64,000 nucleotides of DNA from Candidatus Omnitrophota bacterium (GCA_035292445.1 DATDQB010000020.1:27484-91483); one strand, 5' to 3'; positions 37,998-48,073 are shown, counted from the first letter of the stretch. The notes: generated from the letters alone by a model not told the origin. A program made the numbers and translations.

Positions 37998-39743
37998 TTA
38001 TAAATCGGCTTTCGAGGCACCTCGAATGGTAGGTTTTTCGTCGTTTGTCATTGTCGCTAAGTCAACTCTTTTCGAGTGTCGTCCCGGATGTCGTTTCGTA
38101 TTCTGTCCTCCCAATTCATTGACAGCCCACCAGGATAAAGCAATGATCTCTTCATCAGGTAAGTCGCTAAAATTTGTCGACACCTGCTCACCCTGCTCGC
38201 CTAACTTAAGAAAATACTGCTCGATCATATCATCATCCGCCGGGCCTTTTTTGCCCGTAACAGCTTTGGCAATAAGCCCTTTTTCTAAAGCCAAGTCCCA
38301 GAATGACGTTGCCGGATAAGCGGTCGTAAAGAAGAATACTTCCGGCTTTAAACCGATCTCCCTGCATACATCAACGGTTTCCTGGACGGTTTCCTTTGTT
38401 TCGCCGGGAGAGCCGATCATAAAAGAACAATCGGCATACCCTAAAACACGCTGCGTTTCTCTGATGGCGATCTTGATCTTCTCCGGTGTTTGGCCGCTTT
38501 TATCAATACTTTTAAGTATGATGGGGCTGGCCGTCTCGACGCCATAGCCGGCCTGCCTCATACCGACCTCATACGCTAACTCCAAGATGTTCTTCCGTCC
38601 TTGCTTTTGGGCGCGGACAACATCATCGGCGATGATATTGGTCCGGCACGTTGCCCCCCACATGACCTCAAAACCGTCTTTTTTCTTGCGATCACGCAGT
38701 TCATCGCACAATTCCATGGCCCAACGGTAATCCGTCATCAGCAGATCATCAAGGAAATGGATGTAGCCCGCGTTATAGCGCGCGCTGACGTATTGCATCT
38801 CATCCACCACTTCTTTCGGGCTTCGCAGGCGATATGTCTTCCCCAAATAAGAAGCGTAACAATAATCGCAGGCCTTGGCGGCGTAAGGGCAGCCGCGGGA
38901 GGCGATCATCTCGACAGAATTTATTGATACGCTGGCGCTTCCGTCCGACCATTTATTTTTCCAGTTCAAGTGGCCCACAGGGTTCTTTTTGTATACTTCA
39001 TCAATAGGCCATCGGGACCTTAAAGGCCATGGCAATGAATCCAAACCGAGCTCACGGGACGGCACGGATGAGCGTGAGCCGTTATTGCGGGCCTCAAACC
39101 GGCCGTTGCCCAGATCATGCCGGTAAGCGATCCCTTCAAGCCCTTCAAAAGATAACCGCTTTTCGATGCGCTGAAGAATTTCCGAAAAAATAACCTCCCC
39201 CTCTTTGATAACGGCTACGTCGATAGGCAACCTTTGGACCATAAAATCCGGCAAGCATGAGGCAATGCCGCCACCGAGAATGATCGGAATATTTGGTGCG
39301 TATTTCTTACAAAGACGCGTGATCTGCCGGATCCGCCCATATTGAGTAATGATCCCGCCGATACCAATAACATCCGGCCGGGCCTTCGACAAACATGCGA
39401 CAATATGATTTTCCACCCAACGGTCGAACTCCGCGGGCGACATTTTAATAGGTTCTTTCCTCAACGCATTAAGGTCCAATGCCTCCACGCGGTGCCCATC
39501 CATCAGCGCTACCGAAGCGACATATCCCTGGCCTAAAGGCATGATGTTCGGGTATGACCATTCGCGGATGGGCGGATTGATCAAAAGAAGCTTTAACCCC
39601 CCTTCCCGCGGGGTAAACAATTTCTCGGATTCCTCCGTCGTGATGCGCGGCCAGTTAGAATACTCTATCTGGCTGGAAAGATTAAAACGCTCGAAAAATC
39701 TTTCCGGTGCCGCCGTTTGCTCTGTAATAATTGTATCGGGCAT
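37998..39743 (-). CDS. Cobalamin-binding radical SAM protein with atypical CX6CX2C motif
   Basis: LLLINPP..MPLG, IILGG, SRGCPYAAKACDYC, FLDD, GYGVET and FMIGSPGET. Confidence 0.88.
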   Translation of the reverse strand: MPDTIITEQTAAPERFFERFNLSSQIEYSNWPRITTEESEKLFTPREGGLKLLLINPPIREWSYPNIMPLGQGYVASVALMDGHRVEALDLNALRKEPIKMSPAEFDRWVENHIVACLSKARPDVIGIGGIITQYGRIRQITRLCKKYAPNIPIILGGGIASCLPDFMVQRLPIDVAVIKEGEVIFSEILQRIEKRLSFEGLEGIAYRHDLGNGRFEARNNGSRSSVPSRELGLDSLPWPLRSRWPIDEVYKKNPVGHLNWKNKWSDGSASVSINSVEMIASRGCPYAAKACDYCYASYLGKTYRLRSPKEVVDEMQYVSARYNAGYIHFLDDLLMTDYRWAMELCDELRDRKKKDGFEVMWGATCRTNIIADDVVRAQKQGRKNILELAYEVGMRQAGYGVETASPIILKSIDKSGQTPEKIKIAIRETQRVLGYADCSFMIGSPGETKETVQETVDVCREIGLKPEVFFFTTAYPATSFWDLALEKGLIAKAVTGKKGPADDDMIEQYFLKLGEQGEQVSTNFSDLPDEEIIALSWWAVNELGGQNTKRHPGRHSKRVDLATMTNDEKPTIRGASKADL

Positions 39744-39753
39744 AAAACCCTCC

Positions 39754-40416
39754 TTATTTTTTCACCACATAACATGGGCTTTGACAAAATGATAAATATT
39801 GAACCTGGACTTTCTTGTCCTTGAAATAATCATTCACGGCTTTTGTCTCTCCAGGGAAAAAATTATAATCATCCAAGATCAGAACGCCTCCCTTGGATAG
39901 CCGCGGGTAGAGCAGCTCTAAAATGACTTTTGAAGGCTCGTAAATATCGACATCCAGATTGATCAAAGAAACTTTCAGGTCCGGATGACTTTTAAGATAA
40001 TCCGGCAAAGTTTTTGTGATATCACCTTCGATCAGATCAATGTCCTTGTAAACGCCTTTGTGTTTCAGCACTTCGATCAATTGGTCCCGGGAAATACTCT
40101 CATCGCCGCACATGGTGATGTGGCGTTCCCGCAATCCCTTATCCGGCTCGAATGCCGTTTCAGGGAATTCCCCGAAAGAATCAAAGCCGACGATCCGTTT
40201 ATTGGATTTACCACGGATCAGTTCACGAAACGCCGCAAAGCGCACGAGAGAACACCCCTTTAATATTCCGAATTCCATGATGTCACCGGGGACATCCAAC
40301 GCCATTTTAAAGAGCTCATAATGCGCGATGATTTTCTTCAGACGCGAGTTGTCGCAGGAAAGATAAAAATTATTTTCATAATCGAATGTTTTGTCAAAAT
40401 CCGGTAATGTGATCAT
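39754..40416 (-). CDS. TylF/MycF/NovP family O-methyltransferase
   Basis: VPGDIMEFG, GFDSFG.FP, INLDVDIYE and GGVLILDDY. Confidence 0.88.
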   Translation of the reverse strand: MITLPDFDKTFDYENNFYLSCDNSRLKKIIAHYELFKMALDVPGDIMEFGILKGCSLVRFAAFRELIRGKSNKRIVGFDSFGEFPETAFEPDKGLRERHITMCGDESISRDQLIEVLKHKGVYKDIDLIEGDITKTLPDYLKSHPDLKVSLINLDVDIYEPSKVILELLYPRLSKGGVLILDDYNFFPGETKAVNDYFKDKKVQVQYLSFCQSPCYVVKK

Positions 40417-40418
40417 GG

Positions 40419-41642
40419 TCAGACTCCTACTGATACCTTTTCCTCAACGGCACTCAGCAACCCTTCGATGACACGCTCGCAGTCTCTGCGGCTCATGGCC
40501 GGATATAAAGGAAGGGTGATCGCGGTATCGTAATATTTCTCAGCCTGCGGAAAATCGCCTCTTTTATACCCGAACCGGTCCCTGTAAAAAGGAAGAAAAT
40601 GTATCGGGATATAGTGGACGTGCACGCCGATCTTTTTGGCCCTTAATTCCTCGAATATTTTCCGCCGAGATTTCTTCAGATTGGCCGGATTTAATCGCAC
40701 CATATATAAATGCCAGGTGTTCTGCCGGTCATTTTCCTGATAAGGAACGATCAATTTGTTGGACCTGGAAAAGGCCTGATCGTATAAAGCAGCGATCTCA
40801 CGGCGGCGCTTTAGGAAACGGTCCAATTTCTTCAACTGGCTCAAACCCAACGCGCATTGCATATCGGTGATGCGGTAATTGAACCCCAAGGCTTGCATCT
40901 CGTAATACCACGGGGCTTTTGTCTTGCTCTTCTCACCGTTATTGAAGGTGTTCTCATTATCCGCAGCCTGCTCCGTCAAAAGCATGTCCTCATCAAGATT
41001 GGTGATCCCATGCGTTCGAAATAATTTAATCTTTTTGGCGAATTGCGCGTCATTGGTCGTTACCATCCCCCCTTCGCCGGTCGTGATATGCTTGACCGGA
41101 TGAAAAGAGAAGATCGTCATATCCGTGAGGCTGCCAACGGGCCGATCCTTATAGGTCGCACCGAGTGCGTGGGCCGCGTCTTCAATGACAATGAGGTTAT
41201 GTTTCCTGGCAATGGCGTTGATCTCATCCATATCGCACGGCTGGCCGGTAAAATCAACAGGGATGATGGCCTTTGTTCGCGGCGTAATGGCTTTCTCCAA
41301 CTTTTTGGGGTCCATGCAATACGTGTCGGGTTTGATATCCGCGAACTTGACCTTGGCTCCTAGAAAAAGCGCGCAATTCCCGCTGGCCGAAAATGAGATC
41401 GGGGAAGTGATGACCTCGTCCCCTTCGCCCACCCCCGCCGCGAAACACGCGCAATGAAGGGCCGCAGTACCTGTAGCCACCGCCACCGCGTATTTGGCGC
41501 CCACCCGTTTGGCGATCGCCTCTTCAAACTCGGCGATCTTGGGCCCTTGGGTGAGCCAATCGCTTTTCAAGACCTCGACAACGGCTTCGATATCGTCGTC
41601 TTCGATCGTTTGTTTTCCGTAAGGAATAAATGATTCAGGCAT
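40419..41642 (-). CDS. pseC: UDP-4-amino-4,6-dideoxy-N-acetyl-altrosamine transaminase
   Basis: IPYGKQTI, WLTQGP, EDAAHALG, FSFHPVKHITTGEGG and WYYEMQALGFNYR, typical of PseC. Confidence 0.88.
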   Translation of the reverse strand: MPESFIPYGKQTIEDDDIEAVVEVLKSDWLTQGPKIAEFEEAIAKRVGAKYAVAVATGTAALHCACFAAGVGEGDEVITSPISFSASGNCALFLGAKVKFADIKPDTYCMDPKKLEKAITPRTKAIIPVDFTGQPCDMDEINAIARKHNLIVIEDAAHALGATYKDRPVGSLTDMTIFSFHPVKHITTGEGGMVTTNDAQFAKKIKLFRTHGITNLDEDMLLTEQAADNENTFNNGEKSKTKAPWYYEMQALGFNYRITDMQCALGLSQLKKLDRFLKRRREIAALYDQAFSRSNKLIVPYQENDRQNTWHLYMVRLNPANLKKSRRKIFEELRAKKIGVHVHYIPIHFLPFYRDRFGYKRGDFPQAEKYYDTAITLPLYPAMSRRDCERVIEGLLSAVEEKVSVGV

Positions 41643-41655
41643 ACTCCAGAGTCCT

Positions 41656-43089
41656 TTACCTGTAATTCAGCTCTTTTAAGCTGGCGATGTTGCTGTATTG
41701 GGGCAGATCAAGGTCCCCAAAATTATCAAAACTTTCATAAACCGCTTTCATCTCTTTTAAACCGTCCTTGACACTTACTTTCGATTTGAACCCGAGGACC
41801 TTCTCGATCTTCGAAAAATCGACGCGGTAATTGCGCTGGTCCACGATCTTTTCCTGGATCTCGACCATCGTGCCGGGAAAAACTTCTTGCGTCATTTTGG
41901 CCAGCTCGGCGATGGTATGGTTTTGTTCACCTGCGCCGACATTAAAACATTGCGCCCGCACCTCTTCGATGGGCGCGTCTAATGTCTTAATAATGGCCTC
42001 ACAAACATCCTGAACATGGACATTGGGCCGCCACTGGTTGCCGCCGAAAACATCGATCTTTCCCTTCTGAAGGGCGTTCTTGGCGAAGGTATTAACGACC
42101 AGGTCAAAACGGGGCCGAAAAGAATGCCCGAACACTGTCCCAAGCCTTAAGATCGTGGGCGCGAATAACGGATTCGGAAGGTTACAGACAGAAAGGATCG
42201 ATTCCTCGACCAGCGCTTTGATCCGCGCGTACAATGATACCGGCTGTAGAGGGGATTCTTCCGTCAAGAAAACATCCGGATTCTCGCTGGCGCCATAAAC
42301 GCTGCATGACGATGTATAGATGAACCGGTTGATATTCAAATGGGAGCATAAATGCGCCATGGACGTCACGGAAAGATAGTTGGTCTTAAGCGTTGTTTGT
42401 GGGGCCAGGGAACACGCCGGGTCTCCCACGAGCTCTGCCAGATAGACGACCGCATCCACCCCATCGACAGCCTGCACGATGTCATCGATATTGGTCGCGT
42501 CCCCCTGGATCAGAGTGAAATAGTTCGGATCAAGCCCTTTGAGGGAATTGTCGGAATAAATCAATTTATCCAGGACCCGTACGTGCCAGCCCAACCGGAT
42601 AAGATTGCGCACCAAAACCGACCCGATGTACCCGGCGCCGCCGACGACAAGAACGGTATGCCGCGCCAATTTTACATCGGATGACTGTTCATACTGTCCA
42701 AGTGACTCTAGGTTGATCATACCCAAAACTTTTGATTCATCAGAAACGACCGGAACCATCGCGTAAAGGAACTGCACTTGGCCGTAGCGCTGTTTGATAT
42801 CTTCAATTATCTCGCTTATTTTGTATTCTTTATTGAATTGATTCTCTTGAATGTAAACAGGCGATTGATTCATGATCGCTTTTAAGGGCGTGCTGACCGA
42901 ATGGCCATGAAGGATCGCTTTGCGTAAATCTCCGGGGGAGACGACACCGCGGAGCTTATAGTCCTTATCAACGATCATTACGATCGTCCATTGACGCCCT
43001 TCCACCAGCTGTAAGGCGTCCGAGATCTTATTTTCCTCCCGCAGGCATTCGGCCTTGATCAACTGAGAGCTCTTTAATTTTCTAGGCAT
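41656..43089 (-). CDS. CBS-domain pair fused to an NAD-dependent epimerase/dehydratase
   Basis: N-terminal CBS (IVD..LRGVVSPGDLRK...IMN), then VGGAGYIGS, AELVGDPAC, SSCSVYG, YARIK and RFDLVVN. Confidence 0.82.
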   Translation of the reverse strand: MPRKLKSSQLIKAECLREENKISDALQLVEGRQWTIVMIVDKDYKLRGVVSPGDLRKAILHGHSVSTPLKAIMNQSPVYIQENQFNKEYKISEIIEDIKQRYGQVQFLYAMVPVVSDESKVLGMINLESLGQYEQSSDVKLARHTVLVVGGAGYIGSVLVRNLIRLGWHVRVLDKLIYSDNSLKGLDPNYFTLIQGDATNIDDIVQAVDGVDAVVYLAELVGDPACSLAPQTTLKTNYLSVTSMAHLCSHLNINRFIYTSSCSVYGASENPDVFLTEESPLQPVSLYARIKALVEESILSVCNLPNPLFAPTILRLGTVFGHSFRPRFDLVVNTFAKNALQKGKIDVFGGNQWRPNVHVQDVCEAIIKTLDAPIEEVRAQCFNVGAGEQNHTIAELAKMTQEVFPGTMVEIQEKIVDQRNYRVDFSKIEKVLGFKSKVSVKDGLKEMKAVYESFDNFGDLDLPQYSNIASLKELNYR

Positions 43090-43098
43090 ATGTTCCCC

Positions 43099-43539
43099 CT
43101 ATCTTTCTTCGATCTTCCACGGGTCCCAATATTTGGCGTCATAACGGTAATCGTCCCCGAGGCTTTCCTGCAGGGTCGATGTCGAATAGAAGATTACCTT
43201 CGTGTCTTTTGTCAACGTCTTGAACCCGTTGGCATAACCGGCAGGGATCATCAATACGGCCGGCGTCTTCTCGCTAAGCACAAAACGTTCGACCTTCGCG
43301 TCTTTACTGGGACTCTTCCAGTCGTCTATCTTGACCGCCGCAAGGATCGCCGAACCGCAGGTGACGCTCGCATATTTCGCTTCTTTTTTATGGGCATGCC
43401 AAGCCCGGATGAACCCCGCGCGGTGGTTTGAAACGATATAAAACCGCCGGATATCTTTCATATCGAAATCATTGCAGAACTGGATCTGCCCCCGGTCATC
43501 GACGGCCAGTCCGCCTTTTATCAATTTGACTTCATCCAT
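43099..43539 (-). CDS. RmlC/FdtA-like cupin sugar epimerase/isomerase
   Basis: DDRG, IRAWHAHKKE and IPAGYANGF. Confidence 0.85.
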   Translation of the reverse strand: MDEVKLIKGGLAVDDRGQIQFCNDFDMKDIRRFYIVSNHRAGFIRAWHAHKKEAKYASVTCGSAILAAVKIDDWKSPSKDAKVERFVLSEKTPAVLMIPAGYANGFKTLTKDTKVIFYSTSTLQESLGDDYRYDAKYWDPWKIEER

Positions 43540-44781
43540 TTAGTTCTCCTTATCCCCATAGACCGTATGCCGCAATTTCCATTGCCCGCCCTCTTTGCGC
43601 CAAAGGTGAGGTGAGCGGAATTCATCACATAATTCATGAAACCGTGCTTGGTCCATGCCGATATGCCCCATAACCTCTTTAAAATATTTTTCCGGGAACT
43701 CCCCGTCAAAACGTTTGACGAGCGCGATCCCTTCTTCACGGGAAATATGCCTATTACGGATCTCTTGCGAAGCATCATATGTTGCACGCCCAATACCGAA
43801 CTTTATATACGTTGTGTAATAGTGAAACCCGTCAATTTTATCGTCCAAGCTGTTATATTTGCTGTATGTCCCTTCGGAACGGACAGGGTTTGCCTGAAAT
43901 CCCGCATTTTCAACCGAATAATAATACGCCTCTTGAGGCGTCCACTTCAAATAGTAGCCCAAGTAATGCACCTCTATTTTATGCTGTTCGATTTCTCTAT
44001 AATCCGCGGGCAAATATATTTTTATTTCGTGATCGCTTAGGCCATATTTTTCCTTTAATTCACGAACGGAAACCCCGCTGATAAATAGCTCTTCATAACG
44101 ATTGGCCGAATAATAGGATTTATCGCGCAACGATGTTTGGTTATCCGCGAAAGGATTCCCGTATTCCGACTCATTTTCCCCGTAAAATATAAGCGGGATA
44201 TTAAATTTTATAGCGATCTTGGGTGCTAAGTTCTTTTGGCCTAAAATGAACGGCTGAAAGGGATGCAGGAGGTTCTCGATCGCCAGGCGTGTTAATAACG
44301 TGTGCACGCTCCCATTATAATTAAAAGAAATATTATCGAATCCCCCCTTATCAATCCAGTTCCGGAAGTTCTTGTACCCGACATCTGTATAAAGGATCGG
44401 CGGCCACGTAACCGTTAAGGGATGCATGCCATATTTTGTTTTCAGGACATGGGACTGTAAGATACTGTCTTTCCCCCCGCTTCCTGGGACAATGCAGTCA
44501 TATTCTCCGTCATGGCGGCGGTACTTATCGCACAACGCCTGCAATTCCATCTCCCGCTGCTTCCAATCAATTGTTTCTTTTATATCCGCATAACGGCACG
44601 CATCACAGATGCCATCGTCACCGATCCTGATGGTTGAGTGGGCCTTATTGACGGCGTGTTTAAATTCGATCGAAGAAGACGGCCGCTGATTGGAGATGAC
44701 GCATCGCTTGCAGAACTTCACCTCTTTAGGCAACCCATATTTTACTTCCAACTCTTCTTTTATATTCTCTTGAACGCCCAT
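43540..44781 (-). CDS. N-acetyl sugar amidotransferase (second copy)
   Basis: FCKRCVISNQRP, CDAC, PGSGGKDS, YGEN and KFGIGRA. Confidence 0.9.
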   Translation of the reverse strand: MGVQENIKEELEVKYGLPKEVKFCKRCVISNQRPSSSIEFKHAVNKAHSTIRIGDDGICDACRYADIKETIDWKQREMELQALCDKYRRHDGEYDCIVPGSGGKDSILQSHVLKTKYGMHPLTVTWPPILYTDVGYKNFRNWIDKGGFDNISFNYNGSVHTLLTRLAIENLLHPFQPFILGQKNLAPKIAIKFNIPLIFYGENESEYGNPFADNQTSLRDKSYYSANRYEELFISGVSVRELKEKYGLSDHEIKIYLPADYREIEQHKIEVHYLGYYLKWTPQEAYYYSVENAGFQANPVRSEGTYSKYNSLDDKIDGFHYYTTYIKFGIGRATYDASQEIRNRHISREEGIALVKRFDGEFPEKYFKEVMGHIGMDQARFHELCDEFRSPHLWRKEGGQWKLRHTVYGDKEN

Positions 44782-44820
44782 TGAATCATTCCTCTCTAAA
44801 TCATAACAGCCAAGTTAGAA

Positions 44821-44964
44821 TGAAAATTCCAAGAAACAAGATACAATAACCAAACAATCATCAATAAACAAATTCCAAATTCAAAACCGACCCAAGTTTG
44901 GTCTATTTGGTTATTGTTATTTGGGTATTGTTTGTTTCTTGTACCTTGGTTATTGGTTATTTCA
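44821..44964. repeat. Heptamer-periodic imperfect palindrome, copy A
   Basis: Left arm TGAAA-attccaa-gaaacaa-gatacaa-taaccaa-acaa-tcatcaa-taaacaa-attccaa. Right arm reverse complement TGAAA-taaccaa-taaccaa-ggtacaa-gaaacaa-acaa-tacccaa-ataacaa-taaccaa. Confidence 0.85.
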
Positions 44965-44982
44965 CGCATAGTATTGTTTGAC

Positions 44983-45867
44983 TTATACAGCCTTCGTCAA
45001 TTCCCCGCTGTCAGCGGTTTTATGCCGGCATGAAATGCCCTGCTTGGTCAGGTATTCCTTAATGGTGGCCAAACTTGCTTTTTCCAATTTTGACGAAAAT
45101 TTCCCTTTTTTCAGGAATTCAACGTTGCCTTCACCCTGATAATCGGATTCAAAGCTGTGGTTCTCGATAAATTCATAATGGATCATTGAAGCCAGACTGA
45201 CGGCATCGGCCTTGCCCTCAGTAATAACTTCCTTAATATGTTCCAATTTGCCGGCGCCGCCGTTGGCGATGACCGGAACGGAAACATTCTCTGAGATCAT
45301 TTTTGTAAGGGCTATGTCATAGCCTTGCCCGGTCCCCTCCCGGTCTACGGAGGTGACCATGATCTCACCGGCCCCCAGGCCAACAGCTTCCTGCGCCCAT
45401 TCAAAGGCGTCCCTGCCCGTATATTCACGGCCGTTATCCGTGTAAACCAGATACCGCCCATCCGGCTGCTTAATGGCTTCTATAGAGACTAATATCGTTG
45501 AAGAACCAAAAACCCGCGCTGCTTCCGTGATCAGCGATGGATTATTGACCGCTGCCGTGTTCAAAGACACCTTATCCGCCCCGGCCCTTAAGACAGCGCG
45601 GATATCCTCAATACTTCGCAAGCCCCCGCCTACGGTAAGCGGTATGAACGATTCCCTGGCTGTGCGCTCAACAATATCCAGCAAATTATTACGCCCATAC
45701 AAACTCGCGACCACGTCCATATAAATAAGTTCGTCAGCGCCATTCTCATAATAGAATCTTGAGAAATTCTCGGGCTTTCCCAGCACACGCAAGCCTTCTA
45801 AGTGAATGCCCTTCACTAAATTAGGCCCTTTGATATCCATCCTGGCTATGACACGAATGTTCTTCAT
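44983..45867 (-). CDS. hisF: HisF-like cyclase subunit of a glycan amidation system (second copy)
   Basis: RMDIKGPNLVKGIHLEGLR, DVVASLYGRN, TVGGG and SVDREGTG. Confidence 0.88.
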   Translation of the reverse strand: MKNIRVIARMDIKGPNLVKGIHLEGLRVLGKPENFSRFYYENGADELIYMDVVASLYGRNNLLDIVERTARESFIPLTVGGGLRSIEDIRAVLRAGADKVSLNTAAVNNPSLITEAARVFGSSTILVSIEAIKQPDGRYLVYTDNGREYTGRDAFEWAQEAVGLGAGEIMVTSVDREGTGQGYDIALTKMISENVSVPVIANGGAGKLEHIKEVITEGKADAVSLASMIHYEFIENHSFESDYQGEGNVEFLKKGKFSSKLEKASLATIKEYLTKQGISCRHKTADSGELTKAV

Positions 45868-47057
45868 GAGAACCTTAGATCATAAAATTGTTTTTTTAAT
45901 AAATGTTGTGCGATCTTAGTGCTTTTGATCTTATCCTTGATGCGCCTGCTTACTTTTCCGTCGCGATACCGTTCATAAGGATTGGGCTTGCGGCTGATGC
46001 GCCTTGCGAACGGCTTCGATAATCCCTTTTTGATACCTGCGAGTATCCCGGATTTCGTGCCTTGGACATCGATCACATTAGTGCCGCGCACGCGCCCCTT
46101 TTGACGGTCCCCGATATTGACCACCGGAATCCCGAACGATGCCGCCTCGATGATCCCGCTCGATGAATTTCCGACCATGATATCGCAATGCTGCAGGCAG
46201 CTCATATAACGCAACTGCCCCAAACTATCGAATAATCTGTTATTTCGTCCATTTTGCAGGCAAAACTTTTTAATTGTCTCATTGATCGACCGTCCGCCCA
46301 TATCAGCATTTGCCTTTGTAAAGATCGCACGCATGTTCGTCTGTTTAAGCGCGGAACAGATGCCTTTGATCTGGGCGGCCGGCGATTTGCCGTTCAGCGT
46401 CTCGGGATGGAACGTCACCAAAGCCGTCGGCCTGCTCAGATCCATTCGAAGCTCACGGGCCAATTCCCGTTTGTTCAATAATTTCTGCTTATGGACCACA
46501 TCCAACCCCGGCGCCCCGAAATTGAAAACCGATTCCGGTCGCTCTCCCATTTGAATGACGCGCTTTCGGTAATCCTCTGTAGAAACGAAATGAAGTGTTG
46601 CCATCTTGGTTATGGAATGGCGGATCCCTTCGTCAACAACCCCTTGCGTTGATTCTCCCCCATGAATATGCGCAATGGGGATCCGCGCCATATATGCGGC
46701 GATGGCCGAAGACAGGATCTCGAAGCGATCCCCTAAAAGAACGACCCAGTCAGGTTTTAACCGAAAGAACGCTTTGGCAAACAACCGGCATCCCAACCCT
46801 ATAGACTCCGTTACTCCCAAAGAAGTATCATCAAAACGCAACACATTGACTTTTTCATCGATATCAAACCCGTCTTTCAGGATAGTCTTATAGGTCATTC
46901 CGTGCTCTTTTGATAGATGCATCCCGGATACAACAAGCTGAAGCTTCAATGCCTTGTCCTTCTTGACTTCCTTTAAGAACTCATAGAGAAGGCCATAATC
47001 AGCCCTTGAGCCGGTGACCACACAGATCTTTTTACGTTTTAAGCGAGTTGTTCCCAT
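45864..47057 (-). CDS. neuC: Hydrolysing NDP-GlcNAc 2-epimerase (NeuC/LegG)
   Basis: VTGSRADYG, GMHLS, GDRFE, HIHGGE, DEGIRH, GNSSSG and IGDRQKGR. Confidence 0.92.
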   Translation of the reverse strand: MGTTRLKRKKICVVTGSRADYGLLYEFLKEVKKDKALKLQLVVSGMHLSKEHGMTYKTILKDGFDIDEKVNVLRFDDTSLGVTESIGLGCRLFAKAFFRLKPDWVVLLGDRFEILSSAIAAYMARIPIAHIHGGESTQGVVDEGIRHSITKMATLHFVSTEDYRKRVIQMGERPESVFNFGAPGLDVVHKQKLLNKRELARELRMDLSRPTALVTFHPETLNGKSPAAQIKGICSALKQTNMRAIFTKANADMGGRSINETIKKFCLQNGRNNRLFDSLGQLRYMSCLQHCDIMVGNSSSGIIEAASFGIPVVNIGDRQKGRVRGTNVIDVQGTKSGILAGIKKGLSKPFARRISRKPNPYERYRDGKVSRRIKDKIKSTKIAQHLLKKQFYDLRFS

Positions 47058-48073
47058 TTGATAACGGAGTCCTCCGGGATCCTTCTTTGTACTATTCTGC
47101 CGACGACACGATTGATATCCTTAGGAGCGATGCCTGTGCCCGGTCTTTTCACCACAATATCCCGGTCTGTGATCATCTGTCCTTTTTTCAGCCCATGTAC
47201 CGCGACCAGGCTTTTGCGGGCGATATTCCTATTCTTCATTTCACATGCTGCCGCAGATTTAATGCCGTTTCCCAAACTTAACGTCACATGGCGGATCATA
47301 CGAACCATTTTTTTGAATTCATCCGGCTCCATGGACGCCTTGTGATCTGGTCCCCTCATAACGCGGTCCAACGTGATATGTTTCTCGATGACGCGGGCAC
47401 CCAAAGCGACCGCGGCCACCGCCACTTCAACTCCCAGCGTATGGTCTGAGTATCCTACGGGCAGCTTAAATTGCTTTTCCAAGCTCAACATGGCTTTCAA
47501 GTTCACATCCTTGTACGGGGCCGGATATTCGCTGACACAATGCAGCAAAATGATCTTTGTATTTCCCGCTTTCCTGATGATCTGGACCGCTTCTTGTACT
47601 TCATCCATATTGGACATCCCCGTTGAGAGGATCATTTCCTTCTTTTTCTTGGCGATATATTCTAAGAGCAGTAAATGGGTCAGATCGCCCGAGGAGATCT
47701 TATAGACCTGCACTTTTAAACGCTCCAACAGATCAACGCTTTCAAAATCGAAAGGTGTCGACAAAAAAAGGATCTTCCTCTTTTTGCAATGGTCCTTTAA
47801 TTCTTTAAAACCCTCGAAAGGCAATTCCAATTTTCTAATCAGATCATACTGATCGCGGATATCCGCACCTACATTCCTTCTTTGATAATCCGCCAATTTT
47901 GTTCTTCTCGATAACAGATTCTGTGCCTTGAACGTTTGAAACTTTATACCGTCCGCCCCCGCATTTTTTGCAGCGTCAATAAGCTGTTTGGCAATCTTCA
48001 TATTTCCGTTATGATTGACGCCTGCTTCGGCAATAATAAAAACGTGATTACTGGATAATAGACGCGATGTCAC
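47039..48073 (-). CDS. neuB: Nonulosonic acid synthase (NeuB/LegI)
   Basis: IIAEAGVNHNG, KFQTF, STPFD, YSDHT, GPDH and a SAF domain. Probable GTG start at 48073 after SD AAGGAG. Confidence 0.9.
   Translation of the reverse strand: MTSRLLSSNHVFIIAEAGVNHNGNMKIAKQLIDAAKNAGADGIKFQTFKAQNLLSRRTKLADYQRRNVGADIRDQYDLIRKLELPFEGFKELKDHCKKRKILFLSTPFDFESVDLLERLKVQVYKISSGDLTHLLLLEYIAKKKKEMILSTGMSNMDEVQEAVQIIRKAGNTKIILLHCVSEYPAPYKDVNLKAMLSLEKQFKLPVGYSDHTLGVEVAVAAVALGARVIEKHITLDRVMRGPDHKASMEPDEFKKMVRMIRHVTLSLGNGIKSAAACEMKNRNIARKSLVAVHGLKKGQMITDRDIVVKRPGTGIAPKDINRVVGRIVQRRIPEDSVIKWEQLA

Noticed and set aside
44821-44964. Heptamer elements as a CRISPR array or integron attC sites
   Set aside because: There are no identical repeats with unique spacers, no cas or intI gene, and no convincing RYYYAAC/GTTRRRY core pair.
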